From positions 160,001 to 224,000 of the forward strand of contig CAXXFL010000004.1 in the NCBI GenBank assembly GCA_963674965.2: a stretch of DNA of 64,000 bases, read 5' to 3'. Under the pieces are notes generated by a model. It saw nothing but the letters and a program-made list of their open reading frames with translations, did not search any database and was not told the DNA's origin. The position numbers and the translations under genes were made by a program. Positions 1-10,007 of the stretch are shown piece by piece. Source of the DNA: a bacterium. GTDB lineage: Bacteria > RBG-13-61-14 > DATKZS01. Each line of letters opens with the position of its first letter. The first letter of the stretch is position 1.

Positions 1-2621
1 AGAGGGTCGCGGTCGACCTCGACAAGCGTTCCCCCGGGAGGCGCCTTGCCCGCGTACCTCTCGAGTACGACCCTTAAAAAGGCGCCCATGCAGGCGGGGG
101 AGTCCGCCTTGACCAGCGCCATCCACCTGGACTTCCCCCTGATCCGGGCGATGGGCGCGGGGGCCGGGCCGAGGACTTTGGTCTTGCCGGAAAATGCCTT
201 GAGACCGGCCGCGCTTTTGGCGGCCCGGCCCAAAAGCTGGGCCGCCCGCTTGGCCGCCTCGGGGCTTCGGCCGGAAATCCTGATATTCGCGAGCCTGCAA
301 AAGGGAGGATATAGCATGGCCTTCCTGATCTCCATCTCCCGAGCGTAAAAGCCCTCGTAGTCCTGGCTCACGGCGTGGACTATGGCGTAGTTATCGGGCT
401 GGAACGTCTGGATGATCACGCGTCCGGGTTTCTCGCCCCTTCCGGCCCGGCCAGCCACCTGGGTCAGGGTCTGGAAGGTCCTTTCCGCCGCCCGGAAGTC
501 GGGCATGTTAAGGCTCAGGTCCGCCAGGATTACGCCCACCAGGGTCACTCCCGGAAAGTCGTGACCCTTGGCCACCATCTGGGTGCCGATCACTATATCC
601 ACCCGGCCCCTCGAGACGCGGTCGAGACAGTCGAACCAGCTTTCCTTGCCGGACATCGAGTCCGAGTCCATCCGCAGTATACGGGCCCCGGGAAACTCCA
701 CGGATATGGTCTTTTCCATAAGCTCCGTGCCCGTGCCCAGGGCCGCGGTCCTTACGCCCCTGCAGGAAGGGCACACCTCGGGGACGTCCATATGGTAGCC
801 GCAGTAATGGCATAAGAGGTATCCGTCCCGGCCTGGCTCGCCGTAAAAGGAATCCACCTTGGCCGCGGAGCGCGACTCGTGATGGACAAGGGACACCTCG
901 CAATTGGGACAGACCAGCCTCGAGCCGCAATCGAGACAAAGCAAAAAGGACGACACGCCGCGCCGGTTGAGAAAGAGTATGGTCTGATCGCCGGCCTCGA
1001 GGTTCTCGGCCAGGGCCTTCCGAAGGCGGTCGGATATGAGGGCGGAACCTATCAGCTTGTCCCTTTCCTTGACCCGGTCCAGGGCGCCGCTCGAGTCCCG
1101 GTCGCCATCGTCTTCCTCCTCCGCCGGTTTTCCTCCCGACCTCATGTCCACTATCTCGACCTCGGGAAGCGGCCTCGAGTCAACCCTTTTATCCAGCACG
1201 GCGCGCTTGTGGCCGCCCTCGATTCCGCTCCGGAAGCGGGCCTCGAGGGAAGGCGTGGCCGAGCCCAGGACCGCCACCGCCCCTTCCCGCTTGGCCCGCA
1301 TCAGGGCCAGGTCCCGGCCGTTGTACATGAAGCCGCGGTCCTGCTTATAGGCGGACTCCTGCTCCTCGTCCACCACGATGACGCCCAGGTCGGCGGCGGG
1401 CGCGAAGACGGCGGAGCGGGCCCCGATCACCACCCTGGCCTCGCCTCTTTTTATTCGCCACCACTCGTCGTGTCGCTCACCCGGCCCGAGGCCACTGTGG
1501 AGGACGGCTATCTTGTCGGCCGGAAAGCGCTGGGTAAACCGGCAAATAAGCTGCGGGGTAAGGGCTATCTCCGGGGCAAGAAGTATCGAGCCGAGACCCT
1601 TTTTAAAGGCCGCCTCGATCAGCCTCAAGTAAACCTCGGTCTTGCCCGAGCCGGTCACTCCCTGGAGGAGGAAGGAGGTGAACTCGCGCCGGCCGAGGGC
1701 TTTAATGAACTCCCCGGCCGCCTTTTCCTGGCCGGGCATGAGCTTTTCCGGAGGCGGAGACATCTGGAGTGGCCGGGAGAAGGGGTCCCTCCGAACGGGA
1801 ACGTCCTCGACGGTCACGGTACCGTCCGCCGTCAGGGGCCTTATCAGTCGGCCGGGGTCTTTGAATGACTCCTTCAGCGCCGAGAAGGAGGTGGGACCGT
1901 TTTGCCCGAGATAGTCCAATAGCCTGGCCCGCTCGGGGGCACGGCGGCGGAGCTTTTTCATCTCCTCTCCCGGGGGTCTGGCCGCGAGACTGACTTCCTT
2001 TTCGGTTTTTTCCCTGACCCGGGGGCCTCCCATCTTTTGAAGACGCTCGATATACCCGGCTTTGACGAGCCGGGCCACTCTCGATTCCGGGATGGAGCCA
2101 AGGGAGCTGCTGAGGTCGTCGGGCAAGGCCTCGCCCGTCTCGGCCAGATATTCGAGAAGTTTTAAGTCGTCCCCTTTTAGGGAGGACGCGTTTTTATGTC
2201 CTTCTTCCCGCCCCTTGGGTTTTAAAATGGCGCTTTGGCCCTTGTCGGTAATGGCCAGCACTCCCTTGGATTTGAGGTTGATGCCCGAAGGCAGGGCCGT
2301 CTTGATGACCTCGGCCAGGGGGCAAAGGTAATAGGAGGAGGCCCACTTGAAAATCTCGAGCATGGTTTCATTGAAAAGAGGGGTTGAGTCTAAAACTTCT
2401 ATGACGGGCCTTAGCTTGTCCTGAGGGACCTCGGATGCATCGGGGAAACCGACCGCGTAGCCGGTGACCTTTCTTTTTCCGAGAGGCACGACGACCCTCA
2501 TTCCCTTTTGCAGGAAAGGGAAATCCCCGTAGGGAAAAAGATAGGTCAGGGTCCCCTCGATGCGGGCGTCCACCGCCACTTCCACCATGCGAGGATCGTT
2601 TGGGCCAGATACGGGTTCCAT
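1..2621 (-). CDS. priA: Primosomal protein N' (3' end runs off the window)
   Basis: Manual translation from ATG 2621 (MEPVSGPNDPRMVEVAV...): Walker A LLQGVTGSGKT, IVVDEEQ, Cys cluster CLDC..CPNC..CHYC..CPSC, C-terminal LVEVDRDP at the window edge. Absent from the ORF track because its stop lies outside the window. Confidence 0.95.
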   Translation of the reverse strand, partial: MEPVSGPNDPRMVEVAVDARIEGTLTYLFPYGDFPFLQKGMRVVVPLGKRKVTGYAVGFPDASEVPQDKLRPVIEVLDSTPLFNETMLEIFKWASSYYLCPLAEVIKTALPSGINLKSKGVLAITDKGQSAILKPKGREEGHKNASSLKGDDLKLLEYLAETGEALPDDLSSSLGSIPESRVARLVKAGYIERLQKMGGPRVREKTEKEVSLAARPPGEEMKKLRRRAPERARLLDYLGQNGPTSFSALKESFKDPGRLIRPLTADGTVTVEDVPVRRDPFSRPLQMSPPPEKLMPGQEKAAGEFIKALGRREFTSFLLQGVTGSGKTEVYLRLIEAAFKKGLGSILLAPEIALTPQLICRFTQRFPADKIAVLHSGLGPGERHDEWWRIKRGEARVVIGARSAVFAPAADLGVIVVDEEQESAYKQDRGFMYNGRDLALMRAKREGAVAVLGSATPSLEARFRSGIEGGHKRAVLDKRVDSRPLPEVEIVDMRSGGKPAEEEDDGDRDSSGALDRVKERDKLIGSALISDRLRKALAENLEAGDQTILFLNRRGVSSFLLCLDCGSRLVCPNCEVSLVHHESRSAAKVDSFYGEPGRDGYLLCHYCGYHMDVPEVCPSCRGVRTAALGTGTELMEKTISVEFPGARILRMDSDSMSGKESWFDCLDRVSRGRVDIVIGTQMVAKGHDFPGVTLVGVILADLSLNMPDFRAAERTFQTLTQVAGRAGRGEKPGRVIIQTFQPDNYAIVHAVSQDYEGFYAREMEIRKAMLYPPFCRLANIRISGRSPEAAKRAAQLLGRAAKSAAGLKAFSGKTKVLGPAPAPIARIRGKSRWMALVKADSPACMGAFLRVVLERYAGKAPPGGTLVEVDRDP

Positions 2622-2883
2622 AAAAAATACCTGGTCGCCTATTGTATTACGAAAAGCTCATTTTGTGTAAGCCGGGCGAACGATCGAGAAGCCCCCACAA
2701 GGGCAAGACATTAATATATAATTATATCAATGCTTTGCGAATAATTATTCCGTAATAAGTTTTCCTTTTGTCTTGGGCCTGTGGCCTTGCTCGTTTGCTT
2801 TTCCCAAATGACGGCCATGGCGGAGTCGCATAATCAAGCGATCGAAAAAAAACGCGATTTGTCTTTTCGTTGTTTTGGAACAT

Positions 2884-2912
2884 TTGACTAATCAAGGTTG
2901 TCGGAATATTCT
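2884..2912 (+). promoter_or_regulatory. Putative sigma70 promoter for the ABC operon
   Basis: TTGACT-17 nt-TATTCT in the AT-rich divergent intergenic region. Confidence 0.45.
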
Positions 2913-3063
2913 GTTGTTTCACTAACATATCTTGATCCGGGAGGGGGCGGGCCCTAGTGTATTAGACCGGTAATTTTATTAAAACAGTAATTATTTTTAA
3001 ACGCTTAAATGGACGGGACTCCTTTGGCCTTCCGTCCGAAAAATTAATTCAGAGGCGATAAAG

Positions 3064-4104
3064 ATGATTGAGGTAGAAGGAATCAGCAAGAGTTTCGGCG
3101 TGGTCAAGGCGGTTGACGACGTCAGCTTCAAGGTGGGCAAAGGGGAGGTCGTGGGTTTCGTTGGTCCCAACGGCGCCGGCAAGAGCACGGTGATGAGGAT
3201 ACTGACCTGCTACCTTCCGCCCGACGCGGGGGAAGCGAAGATAGCGGGCCTCGACGTTTTCGACGACTCGCTCGAGGTCCGAAGCAAAATCGGCTACCTG
3301 CCCGAGAACGCCCCCCTTTACCTGGACATGGAAGTGGACGACTTCCTGGACTACGTGGCCTCCATCCGGGGCATGAAAGGCCAGGAAAAGACCGAGGCCA
3401 TCGGGAGGGTGATAGCGCAAACGGGCCTGGCCGACGTCCTGAAAAAAAGGATCGGCGAGCTCAGCAAGGGCTACCGCCAAAGGGTGGGACTGGCCCAGGC
3501 GCTTATCCACGACCCGGAGATACTCATCCTCGACGAGCCGACCTCGGGTCTTGACCCCATCCAGATCAAGAACTTCAGGGGCATGATCCGGGACCTGGCC
3601 AAGGACAAGACCATCATCCTCTCCACCCACATCCTGTCCGAGGTCGAGGCCGCCTGCGAGAGCGTGATCATGATAAACCGCGGCAGGATCGTGGCCCGGG
3701 GCAACGTCGAGTCCCTCAAAAGTAAAAGCGCCCGGAGGAATTTTCACCTCATGCTGGCCCGGGGCCCTCGCGAGAAGATCGAGAGCTCCCTCAAGACCCT
3801 CGACGACGTCAAGGGATTTACCCTGCTCGGCGAGGAGAGCGGGCTCCTGCGCTATGAGGTCGAGGCCCGGGACGGCGTAGCTTTAGGAGAGCAGCTTTAC
3901 AGGTTGGCGGCGGACGGCCAGTTCTCCCTGGCCGAACTGAAAAGGGACGAGGTGGACCTGGAGGGCGTTTTCGCCGAGCTGGTGGCCGGAGACGAGGAAT
4001 TCCTGGCCCAGCGCCGCAAAGAGCGGGAGCTGGCCGAGGCCGAGGAGAATGAGGTGGGATCGGACGGCGATGAAGACGAAGAGGAGGAGACCGATGAGGA
4101 TTGA
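3064..4104 (+). CDS. ABC transporter ATP-binding protein, GldA-like
   Basis: GPNGAGKST, LSKGYRQR, ILILDEP; acidic C-terminal tail. Confidence 0.92.
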   Translation: MIEVEGISKSFGVVKAVDDVSFKVGKGEVVGFVGPNGAGKSTVMRILTCYLPPDAGEAKIAGLDVFDDSLEVRSKIGYLPENAPLYLDMEVDDFLDYVASIRGMKGQEKTEAIGRVIAQTGLADVLKKRIGELSKGYRQRVGLAQALIHDPEILILDEPTSGLDPIQIKNFRGMIRDLAKDKTIILSTHILSEVEAACESVIMINRGRIVARGNVESLKSKSARRNFHLMLARGPREKIESSLKTLDDVKGFTLLGEESGLLRYEVEARDGVALGEQLYRLAADGQFSLAELKRDEVDLEGVFAELVAGDEEFLAQRRKERELAEAEENEVGSDGDEDEEEETDED

Positions 4105-4149
4105 CGGCGGTCCGAGCGGCAATTCGGTTGTCCGGGAGGTACGGGCAAG

Positions 4150-4872
4150 ATGATTCGAGTCTGGGCGATTTTCAAAAGAGAGTTCATGGGGTATTTCAAC
4201 TCCCTGGTGGCCTACTTTTTCCTTGTCCTTTTCTTCCTGGCCGTGAACATGATTTTTATCCGGCTCAGCTTCTTCCAGACGCGGGTGGCGAACATGAAGG
4301 ACTACTTCGAGTTCTTCAAGATGGCCATGTGGCTTTTCCTTCCCGCGATCACCATGAAGATGTGGGCCGAGGAGAAGAAGATGGGGACCCTCGAGTTGCT
4401 CATGACCATGCCGGTCAAGGACGGCGAGGCCGTTTTAGGCAAGTTCATGGCCAGCCTGGGCTTTCTGGCCCTGGCCCTTGTCCTTTCCTTCTTGACCATA
4501 CCCGTGGCCATCGAGATGGCTGGAGATCCCGACTGGGGACCCATAATCGGCGGATACCTGGGACTGTTACTGCTGGGGGCGACCCTTATCTCCATCGGAC
4601 TGGCCATCTCCAGCATGACCGAGAACCAGTTCATAGCCTTCATCCTGACCAGCATCATCACGCTGGTCCTCATGGCCTGCTATGAGCTCAGCCAGCTTAC
4701 GCCTCTTCCCTCCTGGTTGTCCACCTTTATCATGTTCATCGACGCGGGCGAGCATTACACTAACTTCTCGAGGGGCATCATAGACAGCCGCGACCTGATT
4801 TATTATCTGTCGATCATCGGGCTAGCCCTTTTCCTTAATTACCGGGCCGTGACCAGCCGGCGGTGGAAGTGA
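4150..4872 (+). CDS. ABC-2 permease, GldF-like
   Basis: Multiple TM helices; WAEEKKMGTLELLMTMP and RGIIDSRDLIYYLS motifs. Confidence 0.9.
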   Translation: MIRVWAIFKREFMGYFNSLVAYFFLVLFFLAVNMIFIRLSFFQTRVANMKDYFEFFKMAMWLFLPAITMKMWAEEKKMGTLELLMTMPVKDGEAVLGKFMASLGFLALALVLSFLTIPVAIEMAGDPDWGPIIGGYLGLLLLGATLISIGLAISSMTENQFIAFILTSIITLVLMACYELSQLTPLPSWLSTFIMFIDAGEHYTNFSRGIIDSRDLIYYLSIIGLALFLNYRAVTSRRWK

Positions 4873-4885
4873 GGGGGGAATAGTT

Positions 4886-6532
4886 ATGGCTCATAAAAAA
4901 AGCGTGGCTTATAACACCGGGTCGCTCATTTTGCTCGTGGCGGTAATCGGGGCCGTCTTCGTGGTTAACTTTCTTTCCGACAAGGGATTTACCCGGATCG
5001 ACCTTACCCGCAACAAGCAATTCACCTTGAGCGACTCGACCAAGAAACTGCTCAAGGACCTGCCCGACATCGTAAACGTAAGGGCGGTTTACAGCTCGAA
5101 TATACCGGCGCCCTGGAACCAGGTCACGGGAGAGGTCCAGGACCTTTTGCGCGAGTATAAAGCCAACGGCAAGGGCAAGTTCGTTCTCAAGATGGAGGAC
5201 CCGGTGGGCGACGCCGAGCTTCAGGAAGACCTGGGCAAGATCGGCATAAACCCCGTGGCCCTTCCCGTAAGAGGGCTTGACCAGGCCTCGACCATAAAAA
5301 TCTGGGCCGCCATCTATATTCAATACAGGGACAAGTCCGAGACCATTCCCTACGCCTTCTCGACCGAGACCCTCGAGTACGACCTGACCACGGCCATCGA
5401 CCGGCTGACCTCGAACGAGCTGGTCGAGGTCGGCCTGTACAACGCCGACGGCCCTCAGCGCAACCTTATGGATGAATTCGGGACCCTGACCGACGCCCTC
5501 AAAAAGAGCTACCAGGTGGTCGAGGTCCCGAATGAAGAGGGCAAGATCGGCGACGCGGTCAAGGTGCTGCTGGTTATAAGCCCCTTCGGCGCGACCGACG
5601 TGGACCTCTACAATATCGACCAGTTCATCATGCGGGGCGGCAAGGCCATCTTCCTGGTGGACGGCGCCAGGGTCATCCTTCAGCCCGGCCAGTTCGGCAC
5701 GCCCATGCCCTTTTACGCCATGGCCATGAACGAGCAAATGGACTCGATAGGCGGAATGCTCCAGCATTATGGAGTAAAACGCAACTACGACCTGGTCCAG
5801 GACAAGCCCTTCATGGACTACCCGGTTCTGGGCCCGCTTGGCCGCGAGTACCCGCTTTTTCCGGTCATCGAGCTGACGGGAGAGGGCAAGGAGGAAAACC
5901 CCATTACCCAGGGGCTGGACTTCCTGGTCTTCACCTGGGCCAGCTCGCTTGACGTATCGGGCGCTCCCGACTCGGTCAAGGTCACCAGGCTGGCGGTCAC
6001 CTCCAAGGACTCCTGGATACAGGCGGGCCAGCAGCTCATGGTCGATCCCATGACCGAGGCCATGCCCCCCCTCCCGATCGGGGGAATGGGCCCGGCGAAA
6101 AGGGACCTGGCCGTCCTGCTCTCGGGCAAGTTCAAGAGCTATTTCGAGGGCAAACCCGCGCCCACGCCGGAGGAGGGCGACTCGGTGGCCCCTCCCGACC
6201 AGTCGGCCAGAAGCGACGAGAGCCCGGAAACGGACGTCATGGTGGTGGGCTGCTCCCAGTTCGTGTCCAACAACGTGCCCATCGACGTCTCGCATAACGT
6301 CGGATTCATCGTCAGCGCCGTCGATTGGATGGCCGGCGGCAAGAAGCTGTCGGACATCAGGAAACGCAACGTGAGCGCCAAGCCCATCGACGACCTGACC
6401 ATTGGCAAGGCCGTCATGATCGGCCTGGTGATGCCCCTTCTCGCCCCGGCCCTGGTGGTGGTCTTCGGCCTGGCCAGGTACGGAGTAAGAATGGGAAGAC
6501 AGAAAAAATTCCTGGAGAGCGTCGAGCCATGA
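4886..6532 (+). CDS. GldG-like ABC auxiliary protein
   Basis: RIDLTRNKQFTLSDST, EYDLTTAI, IDQFIMRGGK; N- and C-terminal TM helices. Confidence 0.88.
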   Translation: MAHKKSVAYNTGSLILLVAVIGAVFVVNFLSDKGFTRIDLTRNKQFTLSDSTKKLLKDLPDIVNVRAVYSSNIPAPWNQVTGEVQDLLREYKANGKGKFVLKMEDPVGDAELQEDLGKIGINPVALPVRGLDQASTIKIWAAIYIQYRDKSETIPYAFSTETLEYDLTTAIDRLTSNELVEVGLYNADGPQRNLMDEFGTLTDALKKSYQVVEVPNEEGKIGDAVKVLLVISPFGATDVDLYNIDQFIMRGGKAIFLVDGARVILQPGQFGTPMPFYAMAMNEQMDSIGGMLQHYGVKRNYDLVQDKPFMDYPVLGPLGREYPLFPVIELTGEGKEENPITQGLDFLVFTWASSLDVSGAPDSVKVTRLAVTSKDSWIQAGQQLMVDPMTEAMPPLPIGGMGPAKRDLAVLLSGKFKSYFEGKPAPTPEEGDSVAPPDQSARSDESPETDVMVVGCSQFVSNNVPIDVSHNVGFIVSAVDWMAGGKKLSDIRKRNVSAKPIDDLTIGKAVMIGLVMPLLAPALVVVFGLARYGVRMGRQKKFLESVEP

Positions 6533-7599
6533 AACCGAAAAACGCGATAATCCTGTTGGCCATCGTGGCGGCCCTGATCGGGGCCATCGCGATCTACGAG
6601 TTGGGCATAAAGCCCTCGGGCGAGGAAAAGGAGAAAAAGGACCTCTTACTGTTCCCGGACCTTGACCTCGAGTCGGCGGACGCGATCGAGATCAAGTCGG
6701 GCGACACGGCCGTCACCCTGGTCAAGGCGGGCGACACGGCCTGGGCCATCCAGGGCGACGGGTTTAACGCCGACCCCGACGCGGTGCAAAAGGCCCTGGA
6801 CAAGCTTAAGGAATTGAAGGCCGCCAACGTGACCTCCCGCTCCAAGGACAGCCACGCCGATCTCGGGGTGGACGAGAAGGGGACCCAGGTCAAGGCCAAG
6901 GCCGGCGACAAGACCCTGGCCGCCCTGGTGGTGGGAGAGCAGGGAACGAGCTACGCCACGAGCTTCGTAAGGAAGCTCGACTCCGATGACGTCTACATGA
7001 TCTACGACAACGTAAAGAACGTCTTTACGGCGAAGCCCGAGACCTGGCGCGACAAAAGGATATTCGGGGCCGAGCTTGACGAGGTGGTCGAGATCACCCT
7101 CTACCAGAGGCCGGAAAGCCAGGAAGGCGACACGGGAGCGGCCGCCGCTGACGGCGACACGGCCGAGAAGGGGCCCGCCGACTACGTCGAGTCCCATTTC
7201 AAGAAGAACGACAAGGACGAGTGGGTCAAGGTCGAGGAGGGGACGACCGCGGAAACGGCTTTCCCCGAAGCGGACTCGATCGCCCGGGCCCTCGCCACCA
7301 TGCGCGCCTCGGGGTTTGACGACAAGATCGGCTTGAAGGACGCCGGACTCGATCCCCCCTCCAAGAAGGCCGCGTTCAAATTAAAGGACGGAAGGACCTA
7401 CGCCCTGCACGTGGGCAAGGAGGAGGAGTCGAAATATTTCGTCAGCCGGCCGGACAAGGGCAAGGTGCTTTTAGTCTACCGCTATAACGTAAGCAACGCC
7501 TTCAAGGACAAAAAGGAGGAGAAAAAGGAGGCTCCCGGCATGGGTTTCGATCCCGGCTCGCTCCTCCCCCCTCCATCTTTGGGACCGGAAAACGAATAA
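6529..7599 (+). CDS. DUF4340-like membrane-anchored protein
   Basis: ATG overlaps the upstream stop (ATGA); N-terminal TM; WRDKRIF and GLDPP motifs; usual fourth gene of GldAFG-like operons. Confidence 0.75.
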   Translation: MKPKNAIILLAIVAALIGAIAIYELGIKPSGEEKEKKDLLLFPDLDLESADAIEIKSGDTAVTLVKAGDTAWAIQGDGFNADPDAVQKALDKLKELKAANVTSRSKDSHADLGVDEKGTQVKAKAGDKTLAALVVGEQGTSYATSFVRKLDSDDVYMIYDNVKNVFTAKPETWRDKRIFGAELDEVVEITLYQRPESQEGDTGAAAADGDTAEKGPADYVESHFKKNDKDEWVKVEEGTTAETAFPEADSIARALATMRASGFDDKIGLKDAGLDPPSKKAAFKLKDGRTYALHVGKEEESKYFVSRPDKGKVLLVYRYNVSNAFKDKKEEKKEAPGMGFDPGSLLPPPSLGPENE

Positions 7600-7617
7600 C
7601 CCCTTCCCGCCAAACCA

Positions 7618-7656
7618 CGCGCCTGGATCCGACGCAAAAAGGCCCAGGCGCGTTTT
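7618..7656 (+). terminator. Intrinsic terminator
   Basis: CGCGCCTGG...CCAGGCGCG followed by TTTT. Confidence 0.5.
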
Positions 7657-7749
7657 ACATTATCATGGATTGCCCTGGCCGTTGCATAAACTTGGAGCCT
7701 GGTCTACCCTCATGGGCAAATATTCATTTTAGCAAAAAGGAGTGGCGCC

Positions 7750-8214
7750 ATGCCAAGGGTGGATATCGATCGGGAGTCGCCCGATTTCGCGATCCCCGAC
7801 CATGAGGGACGGGAAGTAAGGCTTTCCGATTTTCGGGGCCGGCCCGTGGTAATAATCTTCAATCGGGGCTTTGTCTGACCCTTCTGCCGCAGGCACATGG
7901 CGCAGTTGCGCCAAGACAAGGACAAGTTCGAGGAGCGCGGGGCCCAGGTCATCGCCATCGGTCCGGAGAAGCCCCGGGACTTCGCCAAGTTCTGGGTCTC
8001 CCACGACATGCCCTTTATTGGCGTCCCCGACCCGGAACACAAGGTGGCCGACCTTTTCGGGCAGGAGTTCAAGCTGTTCAAACTCGGCCGCATGCCCGCC
8101 CAGGTGGTGGTGGATAAAAAGGGAATCATCCGCTTCGCCCATTACGGATCATCCATGGCCGACGTCCCCGAGAACAAGGAGATTCTAGAGATCATCGACC
8201 AAATGGAGGATTAG
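7750..8214 (+). CDS. AhpC/TSA peroxiredoxin-like selenoprotein (UxxC), in-frame TGA at 7876-7878
   Basis: AGGAG RBS, ATG 7750, MPRVDIDRESPDFAIPDHEGREVRLSDFRGRPVVIIFNRGFV-U-PFCRRHMAQL..., continuing in frame into ORF 7897..8214; selABC in the same window. Confidence 0.9.
7879..7913 (+). promoter_or_regulatory. Putative bacterial SECIS element
   Basis: Hairpin TGGCGC-AGTT-GCGCCA (7898-7913); G-containing apical loop about 25 nt after the UGA. Confidence 0.7.
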
Positions 8215-8518
8215 GCGGGAAACGCTTTATCTTCCATCAAGAGGATAGTTCCAATATCCGGTTACCCATGCCATCCATACGGCGCAAATCTCCGGGTTGG
8301 CGGCATTAGTATCCGGGTGACGCGGTTTCAATACTACTGATGCCTTAACCTATGTTTTTTAATAAATCTCAGTAATCTCATAGAATGGGAGACCGAAAAA
8401 TTCCTTGCAAAGGCGGATGAAGTCGGGATCGAGGCCATTATGCCGGCCGCCTATGTAATTTTTCCGCCGTCGAACTCCAGGGCAAATCTAAACGTCAATC
8501 CCCCTGGCACTACCGCGC

Positions 8519-8835
8519 TTATTGGTCTCCAAAACCCCTTAACCTCGACCGGCGGATTTGTAAAATCGAATAGGCGACCAAGCGGAGGTTGGCGTGACGC
8601 TTGATGGCATAGACCACCAAGGTCCGCTCCGGCTTCATCTCGACGTCGTCGGTGGTGAAAAGCACGTTCATTTCGCCGAGGGTGGCGCTGGGGACCATCA
8701 CCCTGACGAAGGCCTTGATGGCGGCGGTCTTGCCGCAATTCCTGGCCTTGATTTTTTCGCGCTTCGATCTTTTCAACCACGGTCGTTGTGGGCCGTACTT
8801 TTTGCCCCGCTTGGGAGGACGTCCCGGTCGGGATA
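8519..8835 (-). pseudogene. Transposase remnant (IS4/IS701-like)
   Basis: Fragment ...PGRPPKRGKKYG...LFTTDDVEMKPERTLVVYA resembles DDE transposase GRPRKYG and L.TTD...Y..RW segments; no complete ORF. Confidence 0.45.
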
Positions 8836-8945
8836 AATGGGGATAACCTCAACTTGGGACCCCATAGTATGCCCATCAAACTCCCCATCTAATAATGGGG
8901 CCAAGGCAAGGCGCGTCCCGTTTTGGGCGGCAACGCTTCAAGCTA

Positions 8946-8974
8946 TTGACATTTGTCATGTATATTAATAGAGT
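8946..8974 (+). promoter_or_regulatory. sigma70 promoter with palindrome over the -35
   Basis: TTGACA-17 nt-TAGAGT; inverted repeat TGACA-TT-TGTCA. Confidence 0.55.
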
Positions 8975-9021
8975 TAACTAGTATGATCTTTCAATTGAGG
9001 ACACGGCTCAGGAGGGAAGAT

Positions 9022-9948
9022 ATGTCGAAAAAATCGATTATTATTGCAATGGCCTGCTTCCTGTGGATTTCTTCCATCGGCGGTTGCCCCCGCGGCAAGG
9101 ACCCCAGCGGCAACGAGCCGCCCGAGGTGCAAAAGGTCACCATCTCCCCCAAGTCCGCCATGCCCGGTACCGTGCTTCGCTGCTCGGCCACCCTCTTCGA
9201 TCAAGAGGGAGACGCGGTGGACCTTGCCTACGAATGGTACGTGAACGGTACCCTGATCCCGGAGGCCAAGGGAATCGATTTCGACACCAACGATTACGTT
9301 GCCGGAGACAAGATTTACGCCAAGGTCTGTCCCAGGGAAAAGGAGTCGGGCCGGACGGGAAAGTGCGACGAATCCACCAAAATCACCCTGGGGGAACTGC
9401 CCTCGTTGACGTTAAAAGGGGTACGCATCGAGCCCGAGCAGATTACGATAGCCGCCGACGCTGAAGCGGTGGTCGATTACGGCGACTTGGACGAAATGGA
9501 CGTGGACGACATATATTACCAGTGGTACGTGAACGGCCAGCTCCTTGAGGACCTGGATGAGTTCGAGTCGACCCTGTCCACGGACTACTTTGCCACGGGC
9601 GATAAAATCCAGGTCAAGGTTTGCACGGACGGGGCCTTCGACAGCGGGACCACCACCGCTTCCGCCATCTACACCGTGCTAAACAAGCCACCGGTGTTCG
9701 TGGGAGACGCGGAGTTGGAATGGGACGGGGAAACCCTTTATCTTACCCTCGAGGCCGAGGACCCGGAGGGGGACGACCTCGAGTGGGTCCTTTTCGCGGG
9801 GCCGCCGGGGGCTTACATCGAGGACGGGGTGGTGTATATCGACCGCGCCAAGGTCAAGCCGGGAAAGTATCGGCTCGAGGTCGGGGTTTCGGACGAGTAC
9901 ACCAAGGACTACAGCCGATATAAATCCACAATAACGGTCCCCAAATAA
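9022..9948 (+). CDS. Lipoprotein with Ig-like repeats
   Basis: GGAGG RBS; signal ending IGGC; two Y.WYVNG repeats; AEDPEGD..GPPG Ig motif. Confidence 0.75.
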   Translation: MSKKSIIIAMACFLWISSIGGCPRGKDPSGNEPPEVQKVTISPKSAMPGTVLRCSATLFDQEGDAVDLAYEWYVNGTLIPEAKGIDFDTNDYVAGDKIYAKVCPREKESGRTGKCDESTKITLGELPSLTLKGVRIEPEQITIAADAEAVVDYGDLDEMDVDDIYYQWYVNGQLLEDLDEFESTLSTDYFATGDKIQVKVCTDGAFDSGTTTASAIYTVLNKPPVFVGDAELEWDGETLYLTLEAEDPEGDDLEWVLFAGPPGAYIEDGVVYIDRAKVKPGKYRLEVGVSDEYTKDYSRYKSTITVPK

Positions 9949-9971
9949 ACCGCGGCCGCCGCGGCCGATCG

Positions 9972-10007
9972 GCGCCCTCGGCGGACGCGAGGGCGCTTTT
10001 TATTTTT
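9972..10007 (+). terminator. Intrinsic terminator between convergent genes
   Basis: GCGCCCTCG...CGAGGGCGC followed by a T-rich tract. Confidence 0.7.

Noticed and set aside
1350-1380. PriA motif II reads DEEQ rather than DEEH
   Set aside because: A tolerated variant as far as I know; other motifs are intact
46-2714. Plus-strand ORFs (e.g. 879..1868, 375..815)
   Set aside because: Antisense shadows of priA, typical of GC-rich DNA
7897-8214. 105-aa stand-alone ORF
   Set aside because: It is the C-terminal part of the UGA-readthrough selenoprotein
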